DNA of 64,000 bases from Zygnema circumcarinatum SAG 698-1b (taxonomy: Eukaryota > Plantae > Zygnematophyceae). The stretch covers positions 7,107,909-7,171,908 of the forward strand of contig CM074804.1 of the NCBI GenBank assembly GCA_037447605.1. Direction: 5' to 3'. Position numbers and translations under genes: made by a program. The notes beneath the pieces are model-generated. The model saw nothing but the letters and a program-made list of their open reading frames with translations. It was not told the origin of the DNA and did no database searches. This document shows, in pieces, positions 11,401 through 23,090 of the stretch (within the stretch, counting starts at the first letter, position 1; each line of letters opens with the position of its first letter).

Positions 11401-13693
11401 AGCGCCTCCTCTGGGGGGAAGGATGAGCAGGGCGGATGGAGGAAGTAGGCGAGAAAATTGGGTGCCCAAAGGACAAAGGTTTGAGGATAGGGCAAAGTCT
11501 GGGCATCCCAGTCAGAGAGATGCAACAAGAAGAGGGATTGATGGGAGGAACATAACAGGTCCAAGAGAGGGAGATGGCGGTGGTGGTGGCCCAATTGGAG
11601 GCGCAGTCATTGCGTCCCGACAATTACCAAGCAAAGGTAAAGAGAAAGGGGCAGCTTATGGAAGTGAAGTTCCTCCTATTGAAAGCGCAAAGTTGGAAAC
11701 ACTTTCAAAGGGGATTTCTCAAGGCCAAGGCGTGGGACAGAAGGAGAATGTTGCTGAGAGCTTGGGATTTGGACTGAAGATTACCTTTGACACAACTAGT
11801 TCGGAACGTAAGATTGAATTAGCGGCTCCCTCTGCAGGACCCTCTCACGGTCGCATGCCGGGGTTTACGCCACCTCAAGCTACAAGGTTTATTCCGGGTG
11901 CGGGAGGTCACGCAAGGCCCAGTTTTAGTGGAAGGACATACGGGGGCAGTGGCCCATCAAGGATGGTAATGAGAAACGGTCCTGGGACGGAGCAGTGGGA
12001 GCCTTCATTTGATCGGAGGCCTGAAAATGGAGCCCATGTTTTTGAGTTTGGATCGAGTAGGCAACGAGCGGATGGGAATGAATTCACAAGACAGGATAAT
12101 GTTAATGCAGCACGACCAACATTCAGAGGAACACACCAACCGTTCCGAAGTGAAGGAAGTTTTCACAAGCCTGCTTTTGATGAGAACTGGCAGAAAGGAG
12201 GCCACAGGGATGTGAAGACTGCTGTCCAGCAGCCAAGCGGTGATTATGAAGTTCCTCACTCTGTTGCTGCTCCAAGTGTGCAGCCACCTCCCCCGTTTAA
12301 AGCAAGCTCAGATTCTGGACCTGGGTCTTCTATAAGGCTTAAGTCAGGGCTTGGAGAGGGGCAGGAAGGAGAGCGGAGTGTAGGATCAGGGGTTTTTTTC
12401 GGTGCTGCTGCTCCTCCCAACCACTCTCTCTCTGCGCCTCACAGGCCTCATTCACAGCGAGCTGCAAGGTCCGCAGCAGGTGGGCCAGGAAATAGCAATT
12501 TTCCTGCAGGTCTGTCGAGTGAGTCGCCTCTCCCAGGCTCAGGATCAGCAAGGCCTTCCGCCTCTATATTGGGCACCCCTCCAACTGCTGCAACAAAACG
12601 GAGGACGGATGAAGGACTTGGCACTAATCGAGCACCTCGTGGATCGGCGGAACGGAGGACAGACTCAGAAACTGGAGAGCCTTCCATGGAGATTGGAAGC
12701 AAGAGACATGGCAGTGCAAGCGTGAGCGCTCAGGATTGGCGTTCCTCAAAGGAAGGGGAGGGGCGAGATTTTCGAGTGAGTGGGAGCAGTTTGCAGCATG
12801 AGGTCACAGCCGTTGTAGGGGGGTCGGGAAACTGGTTTAAGGATTCTCCAAGAAATGAGGGGCCGTTTGGGGCAGGGAGCTATCAGGGTGGGTATGGGCA
12901 TCGGGTAGGTGATGCTTCAGCGGATGGTGGGTTTCCTATAACAACCAAGGGAGCGGTACAGCGACAGGAGTTGAAGGGGCGAGAGGAGCAGGAGAGAGAT
13001 TTCAAAACGAAAGTGTTTCAGCAAATGGGGCCCCATTTACCTGCAGAAGGACCTTCACCTCAAGCGGCTGGGAGTGGAGCTGGGAAGGGATATCAGCAAA
13101 GGGTTTCAAGGACGTCTTTTGGTAACAATGGGCATTCGGTAGTTCCAGGGTCTGCCAATATCGGCAATGTTGCTGATGGTGGTTTTAGGGCCCAATCGTC
13201 CTCTTCTATTGGGCTTGGTGGGCAGGGGCGGACGCCGTACCCTCGTAGAGGGGCTGCTACTACTGGAGGTCGATCTGGGGGAAGAGCTCAAGGGGTCCCA
13301 CATTTACATAGGGAATCTGGGGTTAGACCCAAAGACAGCAAGGAGGAGTTACAACATGATGGGCTACCAAAGGAGGATGGAACATTGCTCAGTTCTTCTT
13401 TACAGGAAATAGGAAGCATGAACTCAAGCCGAAGGGCTCCAGTGGGAAGAACCGAAGGTGTGGAGGTATCGAGTAAGCAAGAGTTCAGCAGCAGTCCCAA
13501 ATTGACTGACTCCGAGTTCAAGAATGGACCTCCAAGCATTGGGAAGGAGGCAGACGACGAAGCGAGAGGTGCAGACTGGGCAGACGCTCCCGGTGATGCC
13601 GTGCTTCTTCAAGCATACAGAGATGCCAAACCCAAGCGATCTAAGGTGGAGCTTTATGTCCCTCGAAGGGGGGGGGCAGAAGCACCTGTATGA
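8414..13693 (+). CDS. Large disordered orphan protein: acidic exon (8414 or 7988 to about 9691) and G/S/R-rich exon (11144-13693)
   Basis: Open frames of 627 aa and 856 aa. A phase-0 join is possible between donor ATT|GTGTGT (9692) and acceptor ctgcag|GAA (11144). Best-context start is aaaATGATG at 8414 (MMNWLTSIGSK). The C-terminus is KPKRSKVELYVPRRGGAEAPV*. Confidence 0.75.
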
Positions 13694-14272
13694 GCACCTG
13701 TGTGCTTCAGAAGGGAGGGCGAGAGAGAGTGTGAGGGAGAGATTGTAGCGAGGAGTTATGCGTAGCATTGGGTAGCTGAGGGAGGACCAGTAGACAAGGC
13801 AGACGAGCCTGATGTACAGGAACGGAGTAGTGCATTTACAAGCTGTTATTCTACTGACGTGCTTTCTACTTCGATTTTGAATTGCTTTTTGATGTAGGAA
13901 TCCAAAAATGCGTCTTTCCGTAGCTGGCTGTTCAGTTTGAAACCTTTACGAAAAAGTAGGGATTGTTTTTTAGGGAACTTTCAACCTTGTCAAATATACA
14001 CGATATTTTTGTGGCATTATTGCACAAAACTCTGGAGATTGCGAGGCCTCTGTTATAATGAGATGAGTTTTAGCTTTTGTTTTGGAGCCTTCGGTGTGTA
14101 GACCGTTCAGGAAGTTTTTCAAGCTTCTGAAAGCGAACAATCTAAAAAAATAATCTTCTGCAATATTTATATAGCAAGCACAAAACAAGCAAAGGCGTTT
14201 TAACAGATCACAGAGCCATCAGGCTCTGTCTGTAAAAGAGCATGATTTTTCTTCTTTTTTGGCAATGGGATC

Positions 14273-17200
14273 TCACAAAGATGCAAATTCAGGTTTGCTA
14301 TCCTCCTCCCTCTCCAGCTCCGCCTTACTGCTGCCAACATCGCCTCCATTAAGCTGCCTCTCCCTTCCTACTCTGCTGCCCTCTCTCTCTCTGCCTCTGC
14401 GCACCTCTCCCCCCACACTGCCTCCCCGGAATTTGAAACCCCGAACATCCCCATCCTGAAAACTAGATTTTTCTACAAAGCTGTCCCCTTCATCAGGAAA
14501 GGAATGGGTGTCCCTATATGCGAATTCCGCCGCCTCCCTTGGTCTACGCTTGAATCGTGGAGCGGCTTCACCTGGCGGCCTTAATCGAGATCGCTTGGAA
14601 GGCCTCGCGAGACTTGCTTGCAAGAGCAGCGCAATTTCTGAAGTCAACAGCTCCGCAACAGCTCCTTGTGGAAAAGCCTCGTCGGGGAAATGCTGAGATA
14701 GCCACAAGTACATGGAAGCCACCTGCAGGTAGGACATAACAACTCAAGCTCAGCGAAGGGACTGGAGAAGCAGCATCAGACCACAAAGGTAGGACGTAGA
14801 TGGTGGTACATACAAAGGAGGGAGACTCAATTCTCACTCACATTAACTTCAAGAAGAGCAGTAGAATCCAGGAACAGTGCTGCTCTGCCACGGAAAAACT
14901 CGAGCAAGCCTAACTAGTCCTCTTCCCCTCATCCCAGCTCTGAAACTCACCTGATGCTTTGTCTCAAGGTTCATAAGCCCCAAGTCATCAGCTGCGGGCC
15001 CTGTGGGGGAAGCCATAGATAACTGTACAGGATCCCTCGCAGCATACACAGTTGCGAATCGGAGCAGAGCAGCCATGGCTTCCGGATCACGTGAATTCGC
15101 AGGAGCAAAGCAGAATCTGAAACGGTCTTCCAGCGACAGCCCCGGAACCTTCTCCAACATGTTTGCCACTCTCTGTAAAGGCCGAGAGAGACTAAACAGG
15201 CGGTGAGAAGGGCCTTGTCCGAAAGCTCCTTGTTTGTTCGTTCTCTTTCAGAAGTGAACAATTTCACTCCATTCCTCACCTCATTGTTGTTGCGTGGCAT
15301 ACATGGTAGCCAGCCTGAAAGGAGTCGTGAATGCAGCTCTAGTCTCACTGAAAACTAGGTTTCAATCGGCCATCAAGAAAGGAAAGCATGTGCTTATACT
15401 CTCTGCCCAGGATAAATGCCATACCCGCAGGCTGTCAGTTTTGCAAAGAAAATACGCTCCGTCCACGCGAGAGGTCTCCACAAATCTGCATCATAGAAAG
15501 GAGTTATATTCAACCTCTCACATCGCCAACTGCCAAGTTTCTTCACGTGTATGGTGCATAGAGCAAGAGAGGAGTACCCTGCAGACCCTGCTTTTTATGT
15601 TATCTTCAGTATACCACTCAATTCCTTTCCAGAGCCTACTTCATGGGTCTCAAGATGTAGCGATAATCCTCTACCGAGCTCCTAAAGTCACCTGTCCAAG
15701 AGCTGTGCGAAGGTGATATCGGGTAGCTGACTCGCAAAGAGTTCCACCTGTCAAAAATACTAACTGTAAGTTAGTTTCTATGCTTCTTAGCTGAGCACAT
15801 CTGATTGCCACAAAAGCAGACATTGCACCATGTTCATCCGCACAGGAAGTCAAATATTTGATTGCAAATTCAAGTAGCACATTGCCATATGTCCTTATTC
15901 CCTCCCTCACCTGCTCAAAGAAAGGGAACAGCCCTGCTGCTGTGAGCGGCTCTACGGGCTGCTGAAGACCATTCAAAAGATGAGGTATATCCTGGGAATA
16001 GAAGCTCGTCGCAATGCCTTCTGGAAAGAGGCTGCCTCTCCGCCCAGCTCTACCTGCTATTTGTTTCACCTGCTCAAAAAAGAAGGGGCCAAAACTTATT
16101 CCAGAACATAGATATCAAGCGACCTAAGATGCAACTATGGGTCGCTTAAGAGTTGAAGATCATAAACGACAAAAAGGAATATGTAGGGCAGGAGATCGTC
16201 ACTTCCCCAGCACCTTCAAGCATCAGCAAGTTCCAAAATCTTTATCTACAAATACTGCTAAACCACTCATCTTCATCACCTTTAACCTTCAAGTCCATAA
16301 CGTACCATGGGTGCAGGAATGAGTGCCTTCTGCTCGCCGTTAAACTTTTGCAAAGCATAGAACACCACCCGCCGTATATTGAGGTTGAGCCCCATTCCCA
16401 CTGCATCCGATGCAACAAGCACTTCGTATCCGCTGCTCGGCTCATTGAAAAGCTTTGCCTGCTGCCTCCGAGTCTCGGGAGGGAGGGCCCCATAGACCAC
16501 ACAGCAGCGATGGGGGCTCAAAGTTTCCACTTGCCGCTGAACAGCCATCCCCAATTTCACAAAAAACTGCTTCTTTTCACACATATGTTCGTTACGAGAA
16601 ATCTCAGAATGCCAAAATGAAGATTAAACAGAGTCCTAGAGTAGGTAGGACAAAGCTTAGACTCTGCCCTCGTCTTGTCTCGAAATGTTTTTGACATGTA
16701 AAGGGGTCACACCTTGATCTCGAAAATCTCTCGACGGGAAAAGGCGACGATGCAGTCCCCTGGTTGAACGTTCCGGAAGTTGCCTTCTAAAGAACGCTGG
16801 CAGTTCCCATACAAACCCATAGCTTCATCACCTGTCAGATTTTTAAGAGAATATGTGTTGGGCTGCTTGAAGCAGCTTTCACTGTGCATAACAAATGTGG
16901 CTGAAGTCAATCAAGAGACTTTCCACAAGACCATGAACCTCAGTATGTAAACTACTGCTACTAAGTCTCACCGGATCCACTTTTAGAGGCTTGAAACGCT
17001 CGTATTCAAAGTCAACAAAGTCATCTCCTGTGGAAGCGCACAATGTTTGGAGGAGAGGGAGAGCGCTTGAATCCCCACACACATGCACTTCGTCCGCTTG
17101 AACACCCAAAAGGGCGCGAGTCCAAGCCCACCCTCTGTACTCATCTGTGATCATCTGCAGCACAAAGTGCCATAGCAACCAGGGGAGGAAAGGAGAGGGA

Positions 17201-19705
17201 AAGACAGGGAAAGAGAGGAGAACGCGAGGGAGAGTAGGGAGAAGAACGAGAGGATGGGGGGAAACAAGAAGGAGAGGAGAAGGGGAGTGGAATGAGAGGG
17301 AGAGAGTGGCAGGGAGCGAGAGAGGGAGAGAGAGAGAGAGAGCGAGAGAGGAGATTCTGGTGCACTGAATTCCCTAACCCCAGACAGCTCTACTGGGTGA
17401 ACAAAATCCTGTGCCTGAGCCTGAGCCTAGACCTGACCTCCGGTACTGAGAATCTTAAGCAAAGGCTTCATTTCATATACTTTAGGAGAAACATTTGCAA
17501 CTCAAGAAAGGTTTGGCTGAAACTGCAGAATCTATTTTAAAATGGTTATATTAAAGATGGTTATCTTTTATTTCCTAAGGGAATTGTGGAACTGACCTGA
17601 ATCTCGTCAATAACCGCCACTTCATATGAGCTCATCAAATTGGCCATCTCGATTGTGCACGCTGTGTGCTCTGCGAAAGGCATTATTTTCTTCTCTTGTC
17701 CGGTCACTAAGTTACAGTAGACACCATCCAGGTTCATTGTGTCATAGACCTGCGCCCCCATATACATCAAGTAGAGCCCATGACAAGAGTCGCAAGCTCA
17801 AATTGTGCATCAGATTACAGCCTACTCAAGGATCAGTGGCAGAACGCATTACACATTGAGACTGCTTTTCTTTTCTTAACAACTTATTGACGGCGATAGC
17901 TGTGGCATTTGGAGCTACCCTGTGACGCATACGAACAAGCTTCCAGAGAACATCAAGTGAAATACATTTGATAAAGTTAAGACTCTACTGCACCTCCATG
18001 GCAAGAAGGCGAAGAGGTCCGCAATAAATTCCGGAGCGAGCCTGCCTGAATCGCTGGAGGGCGTTGTAGGTCTTTCCACTGTTGGTTGGACCCCTATGGT
18101 AAATAATTTTGCGCTTCATTGCCCGAGCAAATGGGTACCTGTTCATAGAGAAAGGAACGCTCTTTGCTTGGAATAACTTGAGATCACTTAGAACAATGTA
18201 AACTCAGAGGGAGGCATGGTAGCGACCACTACTGCCTGTGCGTTTCAATTTCATTGCTTTGCATTGAGGTATCCAGAGTGCCATACAATGGCAGACGTAC
18301 TGAGTATGTCTGAATGAAAGGTATAAAAATTCGTCGCTGAAGGCGCAAGCGCCATAGGTGACGAAGCATGACAAGCAGCCTAAAACTTACAGCAAAGCAA
18401 CCGAGACCGAAATAGAAATGATGCTCACCACGTATGCGGTTTGGTCATGTCAGCTGATGTGACGAGCTCCTTATAGGCCTTGATCTCTGCTGGAAACTCG
18501 TTGAAGCAAAACTCGGCAAACAAAGGAAACAAGTATTCCTCCGCAGGAGGGATGTTCCGAAAAGCCAAAAGGGACTCTGCCAGCTCAGGAGTGACTGATC
18601 GGAAGAAAAATTTCCTAAATCGTGCAGCTGCAGTTGGAAAAAATTTGGAGTTTATGTATAAGGCCAATGCTTGATCAGCAGCCCACCTGCACATAACATG
18701 TTGCGAAAAAAGCCACTTTTCAAAGCATTCAAAAGCCTCTTTCATACACGAGTAAGAAAAACACGCAAAATCTGAACTAAACAAGAAAATTCTAGTTCAG
18801 CTGGTCGTGCATATAGGATGTACCATTCGTGTACTTGACAATATAAAAAACACAAGGAGGAGTTTGCACATTGTGGGAGAGGTCGAAAGCTCGCCTTACC
18901 CTCGCTCCCTGAAGTTCCGAAATATTTCAAGCAGCCTATCCTTCTCCCGTGCGTTAATGAAATGGTGTCGTCTACTTTGTATCCGGTTGTCCATCTCAGC
19001 CCAGAGGCTGGGTGCATCCATTGGGTGAATGACATACTGCTTGCTCTCCTCTTTCTCCCGAGTCTTCTTAGGTTTCTTTTTCTCCCCCCTCTTTTCCTCA
19101 TTAACCCCCTTTTTCCCTACTTCTTTCGTTCTCTCCCTTGCACCTGCTTGCCTTGTGGCCCCAGATTCACCGTTGTTCGTAAGGCCCCTTGACTGGTAGC
19201 TATCATCCCTAGCCTCATCAATGGAGCTTCCTTGAACACTTGTCGTATCCATTGCTTGTGCTTTGCCGCCTTCATTTTCTACACGAGCTGCATCATCCCT
19301 AAACTGCAGCTGCGCTACCCCTTCTGCCTCCCTACTTTCACAGCCAGCTGAGGTTTCAGAGACAGAGTTTTCAGGGCTAACCTCCACCTTATCAACTCTT
19401 GCCTCCGTAGAAAGCCATCGTGCAGCCCTGCCACCTCCATCAGCTCGTATTTCACCGCCTACAAGCGACCTGCCAACAATCCCCTGCTGAGATGAGCTTC
19501 TGAGCCAAAACCATTGCAGGTCTCTGGGAAAAGGCTCCTCCTCCTGGCAAGCTCTCCTCCCCATGAACCTCCTTTCCACAGAACTCCGAGCTGCATCCTC
19601 TCCAGCTGCTTCCACCTTCACTCCAGTTGCCCTGCCGGCATAACGGCTCCACCTCCTGACAGAGTAGAGGAGAACACCAGCAAGACGCCCATAGCTGGGC
19701 GCCAT
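14273..19705 (-). CDS. SUV3: Mitochondrial ATP-dependent RNA helicase SUV3 (plant DExH18/SUV3L type), 12 exons
   Basis: Exons 19705-18900, 18686-18429, 18138-17994, 17749-17597, 17154-16972, 16796-16713, 16536-16306, 16069-15911, 15747-15692, 15485-15425, 15172-14951 and 14722-14273, all GT-AG. Motifs [49 protein letters not shown] and QIAGRAGR. Confidence 0.97.
17181..17352. repeat. About 170-nt polypurine tract (polypyrimidine in the SUV3 pre-mRNA) inside a SUV3 intron
   Basis: Almost pure A/G ending in (GA)n. In the transcript it lies just upstream of the acceptor at 17155. Confidence 0.85.
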
Positions 19706-19954
19706 AGCTGGGCTGCGGCGAGGCGCCGGCCTGGGCGGGCCGTCCCGTTCAATTCTCTCCCTCTCTCACTCACCCGCCGTCGCCCTTCATGCCGCACTAC
19801 TGCGACTACTTTCTCTAATTCACTCCCTCTACGCTCTGGAGTCTTCTAATCTTACGGTGCAGTCGCTCTGGAGACGAGGATCAAGGCGCCATGGCTGGGC
19901 GGGTCCTTCAGTAGGAGGGCGGCTTGGAGCGTTTCTACTGTGAGCAGAGAGAGA

Positions 19955-22283
19955 ATGGCCGGGGAGGAGGCTGGTGGAGCCATGGTGCCTGCAGACAAGG
20001 GCCACTTAGCGTACTTGATATTCTTCTGGCTGGGAGCGGGGTTCCTCCTTCCTTGGAATGCCTTCATCACGGCTGTCGATTACTTCTTAGATCTGTATCC
20101 AAATGCTCACATCGACTACGTATTTTCGGTATCGTACATGTTGCCCAATTTGGTAATGCTGATTCTTCTTATGATGTAAGTCACTTCTTCTGGTAAATTG
20201 AAAGCACAATAGGAATGAAATGGCACGGTTGCCAAGCTGAAATGAAATAGGTAGATCTCAGACCTGAGTGAGAAAGATTGCGATATGGAGAATGGAAGAC
20301 CCTCCCTTAAGTTTTAGGTTGTATCGTGTGTTTGACTGCCTTTGATTACACAGTAATCGACAATATCAAGCATAGAAGAGAGAAGTTAATGAGAGATGCA
20401 GATTTCATGACTTTTCAAGTCTTCAGAGGCTGCATTCATTTAGGAAGCAACTGCAAGTTACTTGTCTTATAGTCCCAAATATAAACGCCATTTATTTGCT
20501 TACTTGTAAGAGATTCTGTGCTACTGGAATGTGTCCATAGTCTAGCTAACAAAACAGTTATGATCCATTTTTTCAAGAAATCATGTGACTCATACAGAAA
20601 CACAGCTCACTTGTTCATGGCATGGAAGTGCTTTGCATAAACCTAGATGTCGACCTTTGTGAAACACTGTTCTTTTCAAAACTCGAATCTGTGAAGTCGA
20701 TCAGCATGGCACGGCTGCGTAGTTCAGTTGCTTGGGAAAGCTCTCTGGGAGGGCCTGACCATGCTAGGTCAGATCGGACGTTCTTGCTCAGTCCTGTTGT
20801 CCAACCGTTGCTCAATTGGCGATGTTTTCACTTCTCTGAGCTTTTCGTAAGCAAAGTATTGTGACTTTGGAGGCTCTTGCAGTCCATTTGCTAAAGGCTA
20901 ATCTCAGTAAGGCTGATATCGAAATGCTTTTTGCAATGTTGACAGTTGCGGTCGGCACTACACCTCGACCTCCCGCATATCTCTTGGCTTCGTTCTTTTC
21001 CTCTGCCTTATTGTGCTTATTCCCATTCTGGACGTACTTACGATCAAAGGAGGACAGGGCAATCAGCTTTCCCTTGAACTTACGGTGTTGGCAGTGGCTT
21101 CAACTGGAGCTATAGATGCCGTTATCCAGGGGAGCTTGTTTGGAATGGCGGGCGAATTGCCGGAGCGATACACGCAAGCCCTTGTCGGCGGTACAAGTGC
21201 CTCAGGTATCAGAAATGACAGCTTTCCTATGTCAGTCAACCCTGAGATTCAGAGCTATGTTTTCTGTTCTCAAGTCGTCTGCGTCTTTCATCTATATGTA
21301 ATGGTTTCGAGCCACCTGCTAGGTGATGGAAAACGATTGTCATAGACTTACTATAACGATTGGTTAAACCATGTCAGTCTTTCTCTTCCCCTCCTTATTC
21401 AGGTGTGATTATTTCATTTGCCCGCATTTTGACGAAAGCGGCATTACCCAACACTCGCGATGGCCTCCGATTGAGTGCAAATATCTATTTTACTATAAGT
21501 GCGCTCTTTTTGGCAATGTGCATCGTTGGTTTCCAAATTTTGAAAGATCTTCCAATTGTTAAATATTATCAGCAACTCAAACATACGGCTGCCGGAGACG
21601 CTTTAAGGGAGAATGAAGGCCCCAGTGCTGGACCGGAGACAACTCCTTTAGTGCACCCTCCAGGGATGGGAGGCATGAACAGGGATTCATCGTCAACCAA
21701 GGACCTTCCTCTGTTAGAAAAGTTTTTTAACTCGCAAGTGCTGACTGTGGAAGGCCGAGCAATGGCCCTTCACACCGACTCTCAAGTTGATTACATGGCA
21801 GTGTTTGCACAGATATGGCCGTACCCTTGCACACTCACTTTAATATACATAGTGACTTTGTCTATCTTCCCAGGTTTCATCTCTGAGGGAGTGGACTCTC
21901 CCGCCCTGGGCAGCTGGTACCCTGTCATGTTGATGACAATATTTAATATAGGAGATTTCTCGGGGAAGATGACACCAACCATTTGGACAGTCACTGATGC
22001 AAAGCTGCTAGCGCTTGGAACCGTATTGAGGCTCCTGTTTTACCCAGTATATGGTTTCTGCATCTCCGGCCCATCCATTCTAAGGACAGAGCTCCCCATC
22101 ACATTTCTCACTTTAGCTTTGGGATTCACAAACGGAATCTACACTGGTTGGCTTATGATGGCTGCGCCTGCCAAGGTCAGCTTAAGAGAATCTGAAGCGG
22201 CCGGCTTTATCATGGTCTTATTTTTAGTGTTAGGACTCTTTTTTGGGGCACTCGCAGGCTGGGCCTGGCTGCTTTTCGTTTAG
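19955..22283 (+). CDS. ENT1: Equilibrative nucleoside transporter (ENT1-like), 3 exons
   Basis: Exons 19955-20175, 20946-21205 and 21403-22283. Motifs LGAGFLLPWNAFITAVDYF, QGSLFGMAGELPERYTQALVGGTSASG, VTLSIFPGF, FNIGDFSGK and GFTNG. Multiple TM helices. AATAAA at 22289. Confidence 0.96.
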
Positions 22284-22597
22284 TTGAGAATAAAATAGTG
22301 GGTCTTAGTGGATACAGTTCTTAGTGGGTCTTAGTCGATATTCATGTATGTGATATATTCCTTAGAACAACCGGTCCTATCCATTGGCGTTCGGACCCAA
22401 TTGGGTCCAACAGTAGTAAGAGTTGTCACTGATGTTGGAAGATAGCACTCATTTGAATCCGCAGATGTCTGCGTTTCAATAATGGCGGCGATAATGTTAT
22501 GGCACCGCCATGGGTCAGTACATAACTCCCTTAATAACTCCCTTGATTGATCCTTTGCGACCAGTTCCTCGTGGTTTTCCATGATGATTATGTCCGT

Positions 22598-22642
22598 GTA
22601 CATTTGATGGCATCGCCATCTCACGCCATCGTGAGATCAATG
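22598..22642. repeat. Dispersed palindromic motif, copy 1
   Basis: GTACATTTGATGGCATCGCCATC[TCACGCCATC]GTGAGATCAATG matches 62356-62390 with 2 mismatches and a 10-nt insertion. Confidence 0.75.
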
Positions 22643-23090
22643 CTACATCCTCCCTTGATTGGAAATGGGCAAGAGAAAGGGTTGAGCACAGTGGTTTACC
22701 CCTTTTATCCACTTCACAGACTTTTCTATGGTATGCTCCTCGTTTTGTGATGGTGGGCGTTCCTTGTTCGAGAAGCAGCGAGATTCTCTGCCCAAGCTCT
22801 CGACTGATATGCCCATTAGATTGCATAATAAAATGACAAGTTTTAGGGCATCGCACATGAACCAACGCGGAGTATAAACATAGGTGGGAGAAGCCACCGG
22901 CATTGTGACTTTCCAAAAGGGAGAGACACAAAAAGCAACGAGTAAACAGTTTTCATGGTGTGGTCAGTTCTTAGTTCTTGATCTTATTTGAAACTGAGCA
23001 TCTAATCATGCTGAAGCCTCCTCTGCAGCAGGCACGAATAGCCCTCTGGCCCTGTTTCAAGACCTTGCGTGCCAGAATCAGCCCTAATTC

